From the NCBI GenBank assembly GCA_000934665.2, contig JYFJ02001747.1:1-64000 (forward strand): a stretch of DNA of 64,000 nucleotides, in the 5' to 3' direction. The notes below the pieces were generated by a model. That model was given only the letters and a program-made list of their open reading frames with translations. It was not told the origin of the DNA and did not search any database. This DNA comes from Catajapyx aquilonaris. Its lineage: Eukaryota. The position numbers were made by a program, and so were the translations under genes. This document shows positions 34,158 through 47,400 of this stretch, in pieces (the first letter of the stretch is position 1; every line of letters begins with the position of its first letter).

Positions 34158-34163
34158 AATAAA
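34158..34163 (+). terminator. Candidate TRRAP polyadenylation signal
   Basis: AATAAA about 310 nt downstream of the TRRAP stop codon. Confidence 0.4.
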
Positions 34164-35462
34164 CCTGTGGTGACAGTGAATTACATCAGAAGAATGTGGC
34201 ATGAGTGAATTAATTGCTCTAAGCCTGTGTAACATTTAACTGAAAATAATGTGGACTTCTTTTTACTTCAACCATTTTCAGAGAGTGCGGGGAAAGATGA
34301 GGGTGTATCAACACAGTTCTTGAATGATTTACAACAGCATAGTGATGAAAAGTGGGCAGGACTCAATTATTCTCTTCATATTCCCTGTCCTCTTAGAAAA
34401 TTATACGTAGTTTCCATGATGAATAAATTCTTCGCAAGTCGAATGTAGACACAATCTTGATCTACACATGAAGCCCTCTAGACTGGCTTGGCAGCATGCC
34501 AGATTGGAATTTTCAAAGATCTGATCACCTATTTTACTGCCCTGCTGTTTTATGTGTTAAAAATGAAGACATGCATGTGTTAAATTCGCACATTGTAGGT
34601 GTGGCAAAGTACAGAGCAATTATTCAGGAGGAATGATACATGATTCATCTGACATCACACCAGGATGAGTATAGTTGGATAGTCGATCTTGTACATACGG
34701 TATTATACTGTTTAGCTGTTGAGGCAAGATTAGAAAATAATAACCCAATTTATGCAATTATTGTCTCATACCTGTGTTTATTGTAGGCTCTAGTGTAGGG
34801 AGCGTAGAATGGCGTGATATTGCAGACGATGACAAGAAAAATTATAAAATCATCCAGAATTCACCACATGTAAAAGTAGGGGTTGGTAACAGCTTGATCA
34901 TCCATTGCATTGTAATTTCAAAGCAGTGAAAGCACCAATTACTGTAGGCCTATAATTATTATTTCAAATATCGGTATATGAACATTGTGTAATAACACGT
35001 AGGGCTACTGCAGTCGAGTTATTATCCATCCCGATTTTTCTCGCAATATTCGATGAATCTGAAGGAAACCTTTCCTGATCGCACATCACTGCACATTACA
35101 TCGCAGAGATTAGATTGTGTGAATTGCTGTGCTCTGTCTGCATCGACTTCCCGGTGCATTTATTGCGCGCGCTTTGTTGATTCCCGCCTCCGCATCTCCA
35201 AGGCAACCCCCACAAGAGTCATAAAGAGTGAAAAAATTAAATTAAAAAAAAACAACCCTGATGCAGGATAGGTACCGTACAGAGACGTGACTCCGCACCC
35301 AGCAGGGATTAGTGAACAGTTAGCATCTCCCGGACCCACCTTGGGCACGGAGTAAGTTCATGCATCTTATTCGCATTATTCATCTAACTGGCATGCTGAA
35401 GCAATATGTGACATTTCACATGTTGTCCACTACGACTTTTATTTTTCAGATAAGGAGCAATC

Positions 35463-38400
35463 ATGGACGATCGCACCATCGACAGAATATTTGCTGGAAG
35501 CTTAGATTTCCTTCCTCCAGTGAGCTCCAAAATCGTCAGGATTTTTACCAGCTCAACATTCACAGGTACTGTATAATTATGATGTAAATCATGGGAAGAG
35601 TTGAAGATATTTACATTGCGTTGTCCCACACAGACACCGGTTTGGAGCGAAACACGCTCATGGCTGACGTGTATCCAAAAATCAAAGAATACTGCAGGGA
35701 AAAACATGGACTGGAATTCCAGGTCTGCTGACTCACAGTTGCACATTTTTCTAGAATAATAAATGAGTAACATTGTTGGCGTTTACTTAAGGTGGTGGAC
35801 ATGAGATGGGGTGTAAGAGACGAGGCCACTGATGATCACATGACGACTGAGCTGTGCATGAGGGAGATTGAAAACTGCCAAAGGCTCTCGATGGGTCCCA
35901 ACTTTGTGGTAAGTAACATATACTGCTAACCTGGAAAGGTCATGAAGAACTGCGACATTGGTGAAATCGATCGTAACAACGGGTGTCGAGAATCAAGCTG
36001 TGCCAGGCGCGTAATTGTACCAATAGAGCTATTTTGATCCCCTTCCACTCGACCTTTTCTCCCAAAATATCAGTGTTGACAAGGCACATTACCCCAATTA
36101 GTATCCCCAGTTTCTTATCTCCAAATTGTAGGTATTTCTGGCCCAGAAGTATGGTTACAGACCAATTCCGACGTACATTGTGTCAACCGAACTGCAGTTG
36201 CTGAGAGACACGGTGGCGGCAATGGGAACAGACGTGCACCTCTTGGACCTTTGGTACAAGAAGGATTCAAACGCGGTCCCTGCTGTTTCTATCCTTCAGC
36301 CGATTTCTTCAATTCTGGTCAACTTTAATAACAAGGTGAGGGTCATCTCGCGGCCATATTGCTGCTTATACATACCTAACAGCAGATGATTTTTCGCAGA
36401 GAGTTCCGAAGCTTCAGCAACAGGACCAAGCAACATGGTGGGAAACGCTAGGGAAGATGCAGAAGTTGCTGAGGAAGGCGGCTTCAACTTGCTTGCAAAA
36501 TGAAACAATGACCAAGGATGCTGTGCACAGTTATTTCATGTCAGGTATGGCCATCTGAATGTCCAGATGTTCACAGCTGACTCACGGGCTGTCATTTACG
36601 ACAGTGACGGAGAGAGAGGTGATCAACGGTGTTCTGAACGTAAAGAACACCAAGAACCACTGCCTGGCCTACGTGCGGTATATCAACAACATCAACCTCC
36701 AGAACGTCCAGAGGGCCGGACTGTACATAGACATCATCAACCGCAGCATCGACAGCGAAGCTTCCAAGTTGCTGTCCAACCTTCGTGACGAGCGTCTTCC
36801 GAACAAGATCGAATCCACAAACCTTCAGAGGTGCAATATCACATACTACAACGTGTAACAGACTACGCAATACCTCTCTTTTGCAGATATACTGTAGAAT
36901 GGCTGGGAAGAGAGGGTCTGGCCAAAGAAACTCACGAGGAATACCTCCAGCACTTTCTGGCCCATTTTTACAAGAACATACTCAAGCTGGTGGATCGAGC
37001 CATGAGAAAGGAAGACTCCAGCGCTCAGGGACAGATTGTGACCGAAATCCTGCAGCACTTGCACGCCTGCAACAATTCGGTGAAGGTGTTTTACGGCCGG
37101 GAGGAAGAGCTGGTGAGGATGCGAACCTACATCACTGGGGAGGCAGAGAAGCCTCTGGTCCTGCACGGGGCTGGAGGCTGCGGGAAGACGTCTCTTCTGG
37201 CCAGGGGAGCCAGCTTGACCAACGATTGGTTGTCTGGAGCTACACCCATACTCATCTTGAGGTTCATGGGCACCACGCCTGACAGCAGTGCCCTTACGCC
37301 CATGCTCATCTCCTTGTGCCAGCAGGTATCTGAAAAATCATGAGTCGCTTGTGACACACGTGGAATAACTGCATGTCCTGCGCAGATTTCATACAACTAC
37401 ATGCTGCCACTTGAGGACATCCCTGACGATATTGTGCCGTTGACGGCCCATTTCAAGCACATGTTGACCTTTGCGACCGCGGAGCAGCCACTGGTGGTCT
37501 ACCTAGATTCTGTCGATCAGGTCACTGGGGCTCAAGGAGCGAATAAACTGACATGGTTGCCTACAAACCTTCCTAAGCACTGCAAGGTAATGTGCACACG
37601 CATACGTCGATACCTGACCGTAAAATGATGCAAGTTGGTTTCAGATTGTGGTTTCCTGTGTGTCGGAAGAGGACAACCCGGAAATATCTCGAGACTACAA
37701 CTTACTCCGTAGGATCATTGACATCGACGAAAACTTCATTGAAGTGGACTCTCTAGGCAGCGAACTGGCCATGGATGTCATGAAGTATGTTTCTTCAACA
37801 TGTGTTTGACGGAAGTTGCACCAATATGTGCTGGTCGTTGCAGGAAATGGATGGTATCAGCATGCAGGGACTTGAGTAACTTCCAATGGCGCCTGGTGTC
37901 CAACGCCTTGGCCAACTGCTCCTTGCCCATCTTCGTCAAACTGGTGTTTGCGGAAGTGTGTCGCTGGAAGAGCTACACCAAACCACAAGACACCCACTTG
38001 GCATCCAACGTCACCGATAGCATCATGATGCTTTTTGAGAGGATTGAGAAGCAGCACGGGAAGCTGCTTGTCTTCCACGCTCTGGCATACATCACAGCCT
38101 CCAAGAGCGGTCTGTCCGAATCTGAACTGGAGGACTTGATATCTCTGGACGACAAAGTGCTGGACGACGTGTACCAATACCACATGCCTCCAGTGCGACG
38201 TATCCCACCGTTGCTCTGGACTCGTATCAGAAACGATCTTCCCAATTATCTTTCCGAGAGAGATGCTGATGGAGTCAGCGTCTTGAACTGGTACCACAGG
38301 TAAGGTAACCGACAGTTCAAATGTGTGGAGCATCCGAGCGAAACGGCACATGTGCTCTGCACAGGTGTGATAATTATACTCTTAGGATGCTCTTCGAATA

Positions 38401-41400
38401 TTTCAAACGTTGCACAAGTCTCACTTTTCAGGCAATTCACAGAGGCTGCGATGGAGAGATACTTTCAGAATATGAACCTGGCCATGTATTTCCACTCCTC
38501 AATTGCTGACTACTTCCTTGGTATCTGGGGAGGTGGTACGCCCAAGCCGTTCCGGTACACAGAAATTCAGCGGCACAGATTCGGACTGAAAGACAAGGAG
38601 GGTTCGGCCGACAGAAAAGTGCCCTTGCAGCCTCTGGTATTTTACACCAAGGATGGAAAAGTATCCAGATATAACCTTAGAAAGGTACAGTATAACAAAA
38701 ATAGTTTTTAAATGTACGAGTATTTTCAAATTATTCCGTATGTGCTCTGTCATATCAGTTTGGAGAACTTCCGTATCACTTGGTGCGGTCTCGCCGCTTT
38801 GGAAACCTGTACGAAAACGTCCTGTTCAACTACCAGTGGCTGCATGCAAAGATGGCTTCTTGTCCTCTCCAGGCAGTCCTTAGTGACTTCGAGGATGCCT
38901 GCAACAACATTGAGGACAGAGAAGCAACCAGGTGAGACGCGATTGCCATGGGGGTTGCCCCATTTAATCCCATTTATTTCAGGTCGCTCTGGAACAAGAG
39001 TCCTCAACATGCACGTACAAAATAGAATTTAGCAATATTTTTAACGTCTAGTGTAAACTATTGTTTATGTAATATTTTGTTTTGTTTTATCCGACAGTGA
39101 ACAGGTACGCAAAAAGAGGAGGTAAGTCAGTTCTTCGGTGAGACAATTTTTTTTATCTTCACTATCGTCTGGATTCTACTGGACCCTGTACTTCCACGCC
39201 TTCGTGTGTGTGCATCAATGTACTTTTCCTTCCTTAACTCATACCAGACTCGCACCGAAACGGGTGTGATGTAAACCCCGAAGAACGGGATACATCTGGA
39301 TACTATGTCTTCTTTTGCACGGTATACATAACTCCTCAGGACAAAAATAACAAAGCGTTGTCCTGCTGGACACTCCACGAGGTTCTTCTGCATCATCTTC
39401 CTCGTCTATTGCTTTCGATGCATGAGTGTGGTTTTCCAGCCCGATTTCCAGTTTCAGCTTCTGGAGCGAGGTTGATCCCTGGGTCGCACACACTTTCTTC
39501 ATTATTTTTCTCATCGTATTCAGCACCTTCTTCCGATTGTAAGTCTCACTTGAAAAGCATGGCAAATGTATTTTTCCCACAGAGAGATCATGCTAGTGGC
39601 CGACGCTCTCCGTCTGGGTGGGGCAACCCTCAGTGTCTTTCCGGACATGTTAGCCCCACAACTGGTAGGACGACTGTTGCCCGAAGCCCACACCAATGCA
39701 AATGTCCTGAAATTACTTGAGCAGTGTGACACAGAAGGCCCCAACGAGTGCGCCTTGTTGCCGACGTACCATTGTCTTCATACTCCAGGAGGGCCGTTGA
39801 AGGTAAGACTCTACACACAGCCATGGAGAAACTCAAACATGTGCATTTTCAGTACTCTCTGGAAGGACATCAGTTTGCAGTGTTTGGCTTTTGTCTCACT
39901 GCGGACTACCGATACATAGTGTCGGTTTCCAACAAGTTCATCACTTGGGACTTATCCACAAGCGACTTGTGTCGAGAAGTGACTCCAGGGATTGAGGGGG
40001 TTATGCATGATTTGGTAATCAGTCCGGATAATAGATTTGCCGCTACATACACCAGCAATAACCAGGTACGGCCGCAATTGCTGGAATATGAAATATCTGC
40101 TCATGAATGTATTTTTTCAGGCAGTACTTGTAAACATGCTCACCAGCGATTTTGAGATAATCGACAATCCATTGGAAGAATTTGAGACTGTTCGGGGCGT
40201 GATGCTTTTGAACACCCACCTCTTCATTTACGGATACAAAAGTTGGTGCGTGTTCAAGTAAGTACAGGGACAGCAATTACTATAGATGGTACACTGTCCA
40301 AGCCGACACCTTATTATCACAACATTGCTTTATTTTAAAGCATGCGAGGTGTGCTGCTGGAAAAGGGCACAAACGATCAGGCCAGGCCAATTCTGACTAT
40401 GAACTACACCACTCTGGAAGACCACTACACAATATACTGGAGCGGCGTTCAGGAAGACAAGTCCATGGTTCTGATCAACACAGTAGGAGGCACCGCCATG
40501 AGGTCATTCGAGTACCACAGCGCCCTGGCCATGTCCAAGTCCAAGAAGAAGATATTCTGCTGCAATGACCCAGACTACACAGTGGTCGAAGCTGACCTGG
40601 GCGACACGGGTTGGGAAGTCCAACGGACATTGTCAGTCAGTCCTTACCCGCTGCTGCAACTAGAGCTGAGCAAAGAGGAGTCCTTCTTGGTCGGCACCTT
40701 CAAGACTGGCTTCCAAATGTGGGAGCTGGCTACAGGTCGAGAGGTCACACTGGAGTTTCCACACGGAGTGCGAAACATCTCGATTAGGCTGATGAAGTCC
40801 ACGTCCTGCGTCCTGTCCAGAGACAACGTCTACGCGGTCACGGGCGTCCGGAAGAACTTGTACGTTTGGGACATGTCCAACGGGAAGCTGCTGAAGGAAC
40901 TGGACGCTCACTTTGGCCGCATCATCTCCATCGCTCTCCTCACAATCGGGAACTGGAATTCGGTCATTACATCGTCAATCGACCGCACCGTCAAAGTCTG
41001 GAACATCAACAACATTTTTGAGCAGGTCCACGTCATCGACAGGCATGAAATGCAGATCGATGGCATCAGGTATGTCGCATCATGATGGACTGATCGCGAT
41101 AATTTTGAGCTCTTCTTTTCCCCACAGTCTATCCACAACGGGCTTGGCAATCACCGTGACCAGAAACTGCATCGGAGTCTGGGACATCATCACTGGAAAG
41201 TTGACCGTCAAGTTGGCGGACAGTCCTCTAGGAGCAATTGTTACTCACGCTGTAGTCACGCAGGATGGAAAGTACGCAAGTTTGACATGTTCCAACCGAT
41301 TTTCTCGTGGTACCTGACGTACTAAATTGCCTTCCAGGTACATTGTGTCGGCTGAATCAGGAAACATAATCTTATGGAACTTACCCGAAAAAACCGTGGT

Positions 41401-44400
41401 GTTCAAGGAGGAACACCAAAACGTGAAGCAGATAATACTGACCGGCCAAGACAAGAAGTTTCTCACAGTGTCTCGAGTTGGAGCTGCTGCCGAATGTCGC
41501 TGTCAGATCACCTGTCGCTCTGTACCGGACGGCGAGAAGCTGTACGAATTCGAATACATCATCAGGAATTTTCGGTCCGTGGTGCTGACTTCGGACGAAC
41601 AGTTCCTTGTCCTTCCTGGGTATGAGAAGCTGAAGGACACGCTGTTCATCCATCAGTCTGAAACTGGGATGCTGCATCACAAGATCATCTTGAAATATCC
41701 GAATTACAAGGACTTCCACACCATGGTGACCATGCCACACAGGCCGACACAGATAGCGCTCATCGACACGGACAAGGGAAACATTCTGGACGTCAGAACC
41801 AAGAAATTCATCAGGTCCGTTCAGAAGTGGGGTGGCAAGTGCACCAAGGACGGAAAGTACGGACTGTACGCTCCGGCCAGAGGAGGACTGGACCTACTGG
41901 AGCTACGACACGGGTCAACTGTCCGGACTTTTATACCCAGGGTGGCCGAAGGTGTCTTCAGCGTCACTTGTATGTTCAATCAGACGGACGAGTACGTCAT
42001 GTACTACCACACGGGCAGAAAGACGCTTCGAATTTTCAGGTAAAGATAGGTTCACACGGGCGTCACGATGCCAGTGTGAACCCAGCTGTCCCAAAGGTCA
42101 AGTCCTTCATGTATGTTTCTGGGGGACAGGACGCAAGACGCGGTGATGTTGGCCAACTACCGCGTCCCGGCTGAACTAGGCTCCATCAACAGCACTGCGG
42201 ATGGGAAGGCTGTCCTCCTGGGCACCATGGACGGCTGCCTGGCCTCGCTGACCATCGCTGATCCAAAGAAGCCCAAGATGCAGGAGTACTTGAAGAGTCT
42301 TCCGTCCCGCATAATGGAGGTGAGGCAGCCCGTACAGCCCACCACCCAAAAGGGCAGGTTGCGTCAGGCTCGCCTCAGGAATAAGACCCCGAAGGACACT
42401 CCGACCTCTTCTCGTTCTCCTTCCGGGGCAGTGTCCGGTGAAGGAGGTGGTGGGTCAGAATGGATCATTTCCAATCGTTTGCATGATGGGCCAAGCGCTG
42501 CAGCTCATGCCGTTGTTGCTGTTGTCGTTGTCGTCGCCACTGTCGTTGCGGGTGGACTCCAGCTGTGCCAGAAGCATTTGGTCAATTGTGCTTCGGCACC
42601 TTTGTTTCAGTGCTGTTACACTTGATGGCAAATATTCAGTCCAGGCCAAGTTCTTCTGCAAGCTGTTGTTCACCTTGCGTGTAAAACTGTCTTCTTCTCT
42701 TTTCTGTCTCTGACCTGTCGACCTATCATGCTGCGATCAAATATCAGATTTCAGTATAGGGACATTTACGTAGCTGAAGTTAACAAGATGCACAAAATTG
42801 ATGATAAGGACAGACTGCGACCTTTTTCCTGCACTGTAGGTTGTGTCAGTCTTATGTCACTCACTGTACAGAGTATAGTAGAAACTGTACTATTTGCTAT
42901 GCAGTGGGCTATATGCTACCTCGTGCGCAGCCAGAAAGTTCCACAATATTGAATTTCATTAAAATAGCTGACATGTCCATCCGTCCTATAATGTAGGGCT
43001 TATGTGAACACTGAATTTCGCTCTGAAATAGTTGTTTGACACGTCGAATCACATAATTTAGGCTGCCTATTAACAAACGGACTATTTCTGAAAAGCGGTA
43101 GCTTATCAGCCAACATTATTACGCTTCCAGAATATTGAAAAGATGTATAGGAGGTTAGGAGCACATGGACTATAAGGTACAGTACGTGGTGCACCAGTGT
43201 TGTCATATTGTGCGATATCCAACAGTTATATTCCACCCCTCGGGTTACTTCAGGACCACCTGGCCTGGTAAAATTTAGTTACAGGTTGACATGGTGCATT
43301 ATCTCACACTTTATATACTCAGGAGCTCCTTTTGTGGCGTCTCATTCTTAATAAGGACTTGATATTAATAATCGAGATCTGTACATCTTTTGCCGAAGTT
43401 ACGGACAATTTCTCGCTTGTCGAATTATAATTCTGCCAAAAGAGAAGGGAAAGGGGATTGGCCATTGGCCATGTCAATATGGCAAAAATGTTGTATCACA
43501 GAAACATTTCTGGAATGTTGTTGATGTTTGAAAGTTGAATTCCTCGCCGGTTGCAACTGATAATGAGGCTCTCATCTCTAGCCACGTCAGTCGTTTCTTA
43601 GGTTGAGGTACGCGATCGATAGTAAACATCGAACGAGGGGTTGACCCTTGATATTAATTTAATGTTTATAATATTGTCACCAACCAATAAATGACAAGAG
43701 TCAACCACTTGTTCTGGATTTGCAATTGATCACCACGCACCACAGCCTTAATAAGGTCAAACACTACCGTACTTCACTCTACTGTTTTTCTCGTACATGT
43801 AGACTAGACGCCTACAAGCTATGTAAGGTTTGTGTGCACAAGAAGTCATTCCTTCAAGTATATAGGGTGTTGAGGAGAAAAATGAATATTTTGTAACTTA
43901 TATATCTGGAGTCGTCTGGAGTAGAATGAATGACTTCTTATGTTCAGTAGATAGTCGTGTTCTGGTTATGTGACTATAACCTCGCACTAAATTGTAAAGC
44001 AGTTGTTTGTAGGCTACACAATCACGTTATCATACATAACAGCCTCTTCTAGAGACACATATGAAGTGGTGTGGGGCACAGTAGACATTTGGGCTTTACA
44101 TGTTGGCTGCACCAAATTGTTGCATAATTTACAATGTGCGTAGTTTGTACCTTAACCCCATGTACTCTAGGTGTACGTTGCAGGCACCATGAATGACACA
44201 TTGACGGTGTGACTGGGTACACGTGTGAAAGAGACAAGAGTGCACTGATACACATTAATTATATTGTTTTCCCCCCTCTCTTTCCCCTTACCTCTTCACC
44301 TTTCCCCTTGAACGCAGAAAGAGGCTGATGTGCACGTCACCTTCAAAACGGCTGCCAAAGTGGCTAGACTGGCTGTGCGTCACCGAGGAAGTTCCAAGGA

Positions 44401-44425
44401 TATGGTCGAAAAGGGAGGTTCTTGA
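35463..44425 (+). CDS. NACHT and WD40 repeat domain-containing protein (NWD1/NWD2-like), 20 exons plus a candidate microexon
   Basis: Exons: 35463-35565, 35634-35722, 35792-35908, 36132-36335, 36400-36544, 36605-36830, 36887-37325, 37386-37586, 37645-37784, 37844-38299, 38432-38684, 38759-38931, [39098-39121], 39583-39802, 39853-40065, 40121-40257, 40341-41069, 41128-41271, 41338-42039, 42130-42319, 44318-44425. N-terminal VRIFTSSTFTD..ERN..FQVVDMRWGV, Walker A GAGGCGKTS, Walker B VVYLDSVD, GLSESELEDLISLDD..RRIPPLLWTRIRNDL, and WD40 repeats (SSIDRTVKVWNI). The last exon is the least certain. Confidence 0.9.
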
Positions 44426-47400
44426 ATGCCATGTTTTCTTGCTCTCTAGAATTTTCACTTCTAATGCCTTTAGTTCCCGTAGGCCTATTTTTAACCAAGT
44501 TTGTCTGCGCAGGCCATTCTTGTACTTGATGTAACATGTGCGGCTTCTATTAATTTATATTATTTGCCTTCAGTGTTAATGCCCAAACTAAGTAGTGGAA
44601 TATTCATTGACGAAAATCGGGGGACTTTTCGCCCAGGAAAACGAAGATGTCAATCCAGGAACAGTTGTTACGGATGCATGAGGTAAACAGGGTGGTCTGT
44701 TACATCGCATGTTCACAATCCACTCATCTTAACTACTAGTTGTCTTGTTGTATTTTATTTATATGTAACGAATCATAATTCTATTATGTGAGTATGAGGT
44801 AAAGTTTTGTGGTAATGAGATGGTGATATGTATGAGTGTCGATACCTGAGGATTATGCATTTGGGCAGCATTTAGATGGGAATTGTGACGTGTGAGTTGC
44901 TTCTCATTGAACAGCTAAAAAGAATATTTTCCTAGTATATATATCCAGAAGAAATTTTTTGATTTGTTGAATTCTATATAAGTTCAGTATAGTTGAAAAA
45001 CCGCGATTTTGTTTCCTCTTTTTTTTAAAGAAAACTGTCTTTATTAATAGCTCTGCTATTGTTAGTTGGTTCTCATAGAGAACAGAGGTTACGGCTCCGC
45101 AAATTGTCTCGCCTATGAAATGCTTTTGTTACGTAAATATTAGCAGAAAATTTCGATTATTTCATACGGCGGGGCATACACATGATGGTGGATAAAATGC
45201 GCATTACTCTCGGATATTGTCTCATAGCTAATTAATTAATTAAACACAAAATTTCCCAGTGTCGGAAAAAAATGGGAAAATTCGCGAGCACAATAACTCG
45301 TGATGATTTGACGTGGAATGACATTTGACAATGGGGAAAGTGCTCACCTTTTCCACCAATACCGCGTACAGAACTGTGTAGGTTATACTTGAGGTTATAA
45401 CATGGCAGGTGAGTGGGACTGTTATACAGTAGTTTAAAATTAACATTACAGCCGCAATAGTTTCATTGGAATATTTCTAATTTAACGCCACACGCCAAAT
45501 CTGACGTTTAGTTATGTGCAGTGATCAATCATAAATTTTAAAAATGACTCTTCAGTCTATGATTCCTGTAGAAACTATTGCATAGACTCTCTTGAGGAAC
45601 CAAACAGTATACAGAACAGTATTAATCAGATCATGTACCACATTGAATCAAGAGTATTAAACTGACGGATGTTAATGTTATTTTTATAGAAGACGGTAAA
45701 AGAGTGTGAATGTAAAAATTGGTCTTCCTATTATACAGACTGTTGGGGAAAAAAAATGGACGGAAGAAATGTTTCCTGTTGTAGGAGTTGCCATACATGT
45801 TGCAGTACGGTATGTAAGTGTCGTAAAATAAGATGCAAGCCGTTCGAGCAAATAAGAAAACTCAAAGCACAGTTTAAAATCTCCGTTAATGCATAGGTTA
45901 CTACAACGATAATCCGAATTTTTCTCTCAATTATAACTGATACAACCGGGCTTCAAAGAATAACAATAAAATGTATCCTGCCACGCTCATTCGGATCTGC
46001 TCCAATCAAATATTCCAATGCCGTTTATTAATTTTTAAACAACAAATGTAAAGAATGCATCTAATGTCTCTCAGACAAGTGGATACCGTGCCCTAAACAT
46101 AATGACATAAACATTTCTTCTCCCTATATACTGTACACCCCCGACAACATACTTATGAATGCCGTTAACGAAATCGGGACTTGGGTACTGACGTTACAGC
46201 AGCAACTGGTTATTTTTAATTGAAACGACATGTTGTCATTAGATTACAACAGCAGTGGTAATGTAGGTGATGTTGACCACCCCCGCCTGTACCATTCCAA
46301 TAAAACTCAACTTCCCCGTATGTAACGCATCAACGAAATCTCAGTTCCTATAGATGACTGTAAACGACTGAACTAATCGGCAATAAACGCTCGATGTCAA
46401 CCAATCCAGTAGTAACTTGACCTGCACCTCCCCTTGAACTACATCCGACACCTGTTTCCTTCCTGAAGTAGTTATCCCACCACGGGAAGCCAGTGACCAC
46501 CCCCAGGGCACTCGGCCATGCCCCTGACCCCCCAGCTTCTCCCAGTAAATTCCCAACCCATAAATCCATCACTCTCCACTCCCTTATCGGGGGTTGACCA
46601 ACCTCTTTTGAACAAAGACGGCATCCAGACCCAGCCAAGCCACGTGTTCCGCAATGACCAGCTGACCAATTAAGCTCTCCCCTTACATATAGTAGACTTT
46701 ATCGTCCCTTGATGCGACGGAATGAGCCCTAACAGCGACGTGTATATGTCATTAGTGGCGTCCGGCTCCAAGGGGACCCCATCCGGATAATTAAATTATG
46801 GATTTCGTTTATGGGGCATGGGGAGACCACCAAGTGGTGGGAATTTGTGCAGAAAATGGTTGTTGGACCCGTCGTCACTTTGCCCACCCAAAAATCGGTG
46901 GCATGCAAAAGAGGGGCAGCTGTAGAAGCAGGAGGAGGAACCACCACCTCCTTCGGCATCTGGGTAAATAGGCTTGAGTTCCGCAGCTGGGACTCATTCA
47001 TCTCCGGGCCTGTCACACCCTCTACTTCTTTTTCAGCAACCTGCCATGCTACTGGGGGTCCACTACATGTGTTCTCCGGTGACCACCCATGCACCTTGCA
47101 TTTTCAGAACCGGAAGGACTGTCCCGTGGAACTCGTTTTGGCTAAAATCACAACCCGGTTCAGCTTGTTTCCAAGGCGTGGGAGAAAATGTAATTCTCCA
47201 GCGGTCTTTCTTTCATCTCATTTGGGCAATTCGCATCTAGATGACAATGAAGGGTCCTCTCCACCAACCCAAGGTCATCTTGGAGTCAAAAATCAGTCGG
47301 CGCGCCGCCTATTTAAGCTAGGCGCCAACTTTCATTTACTAGGGCAATTCCAGAAATCAGCAAAAGTTAGCCCCCACAAGATTTATCACCCTACACTATT

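Noticed and set aside
43840..43939. Pre-miRNA or MITE from the 12-bp inverted repeat AAGAAGTCATTC/GAATGACTTCTT
   Set aside because: Interior pairing is poor, there is no TSD, and no known mature miRNA sequence is recognised.
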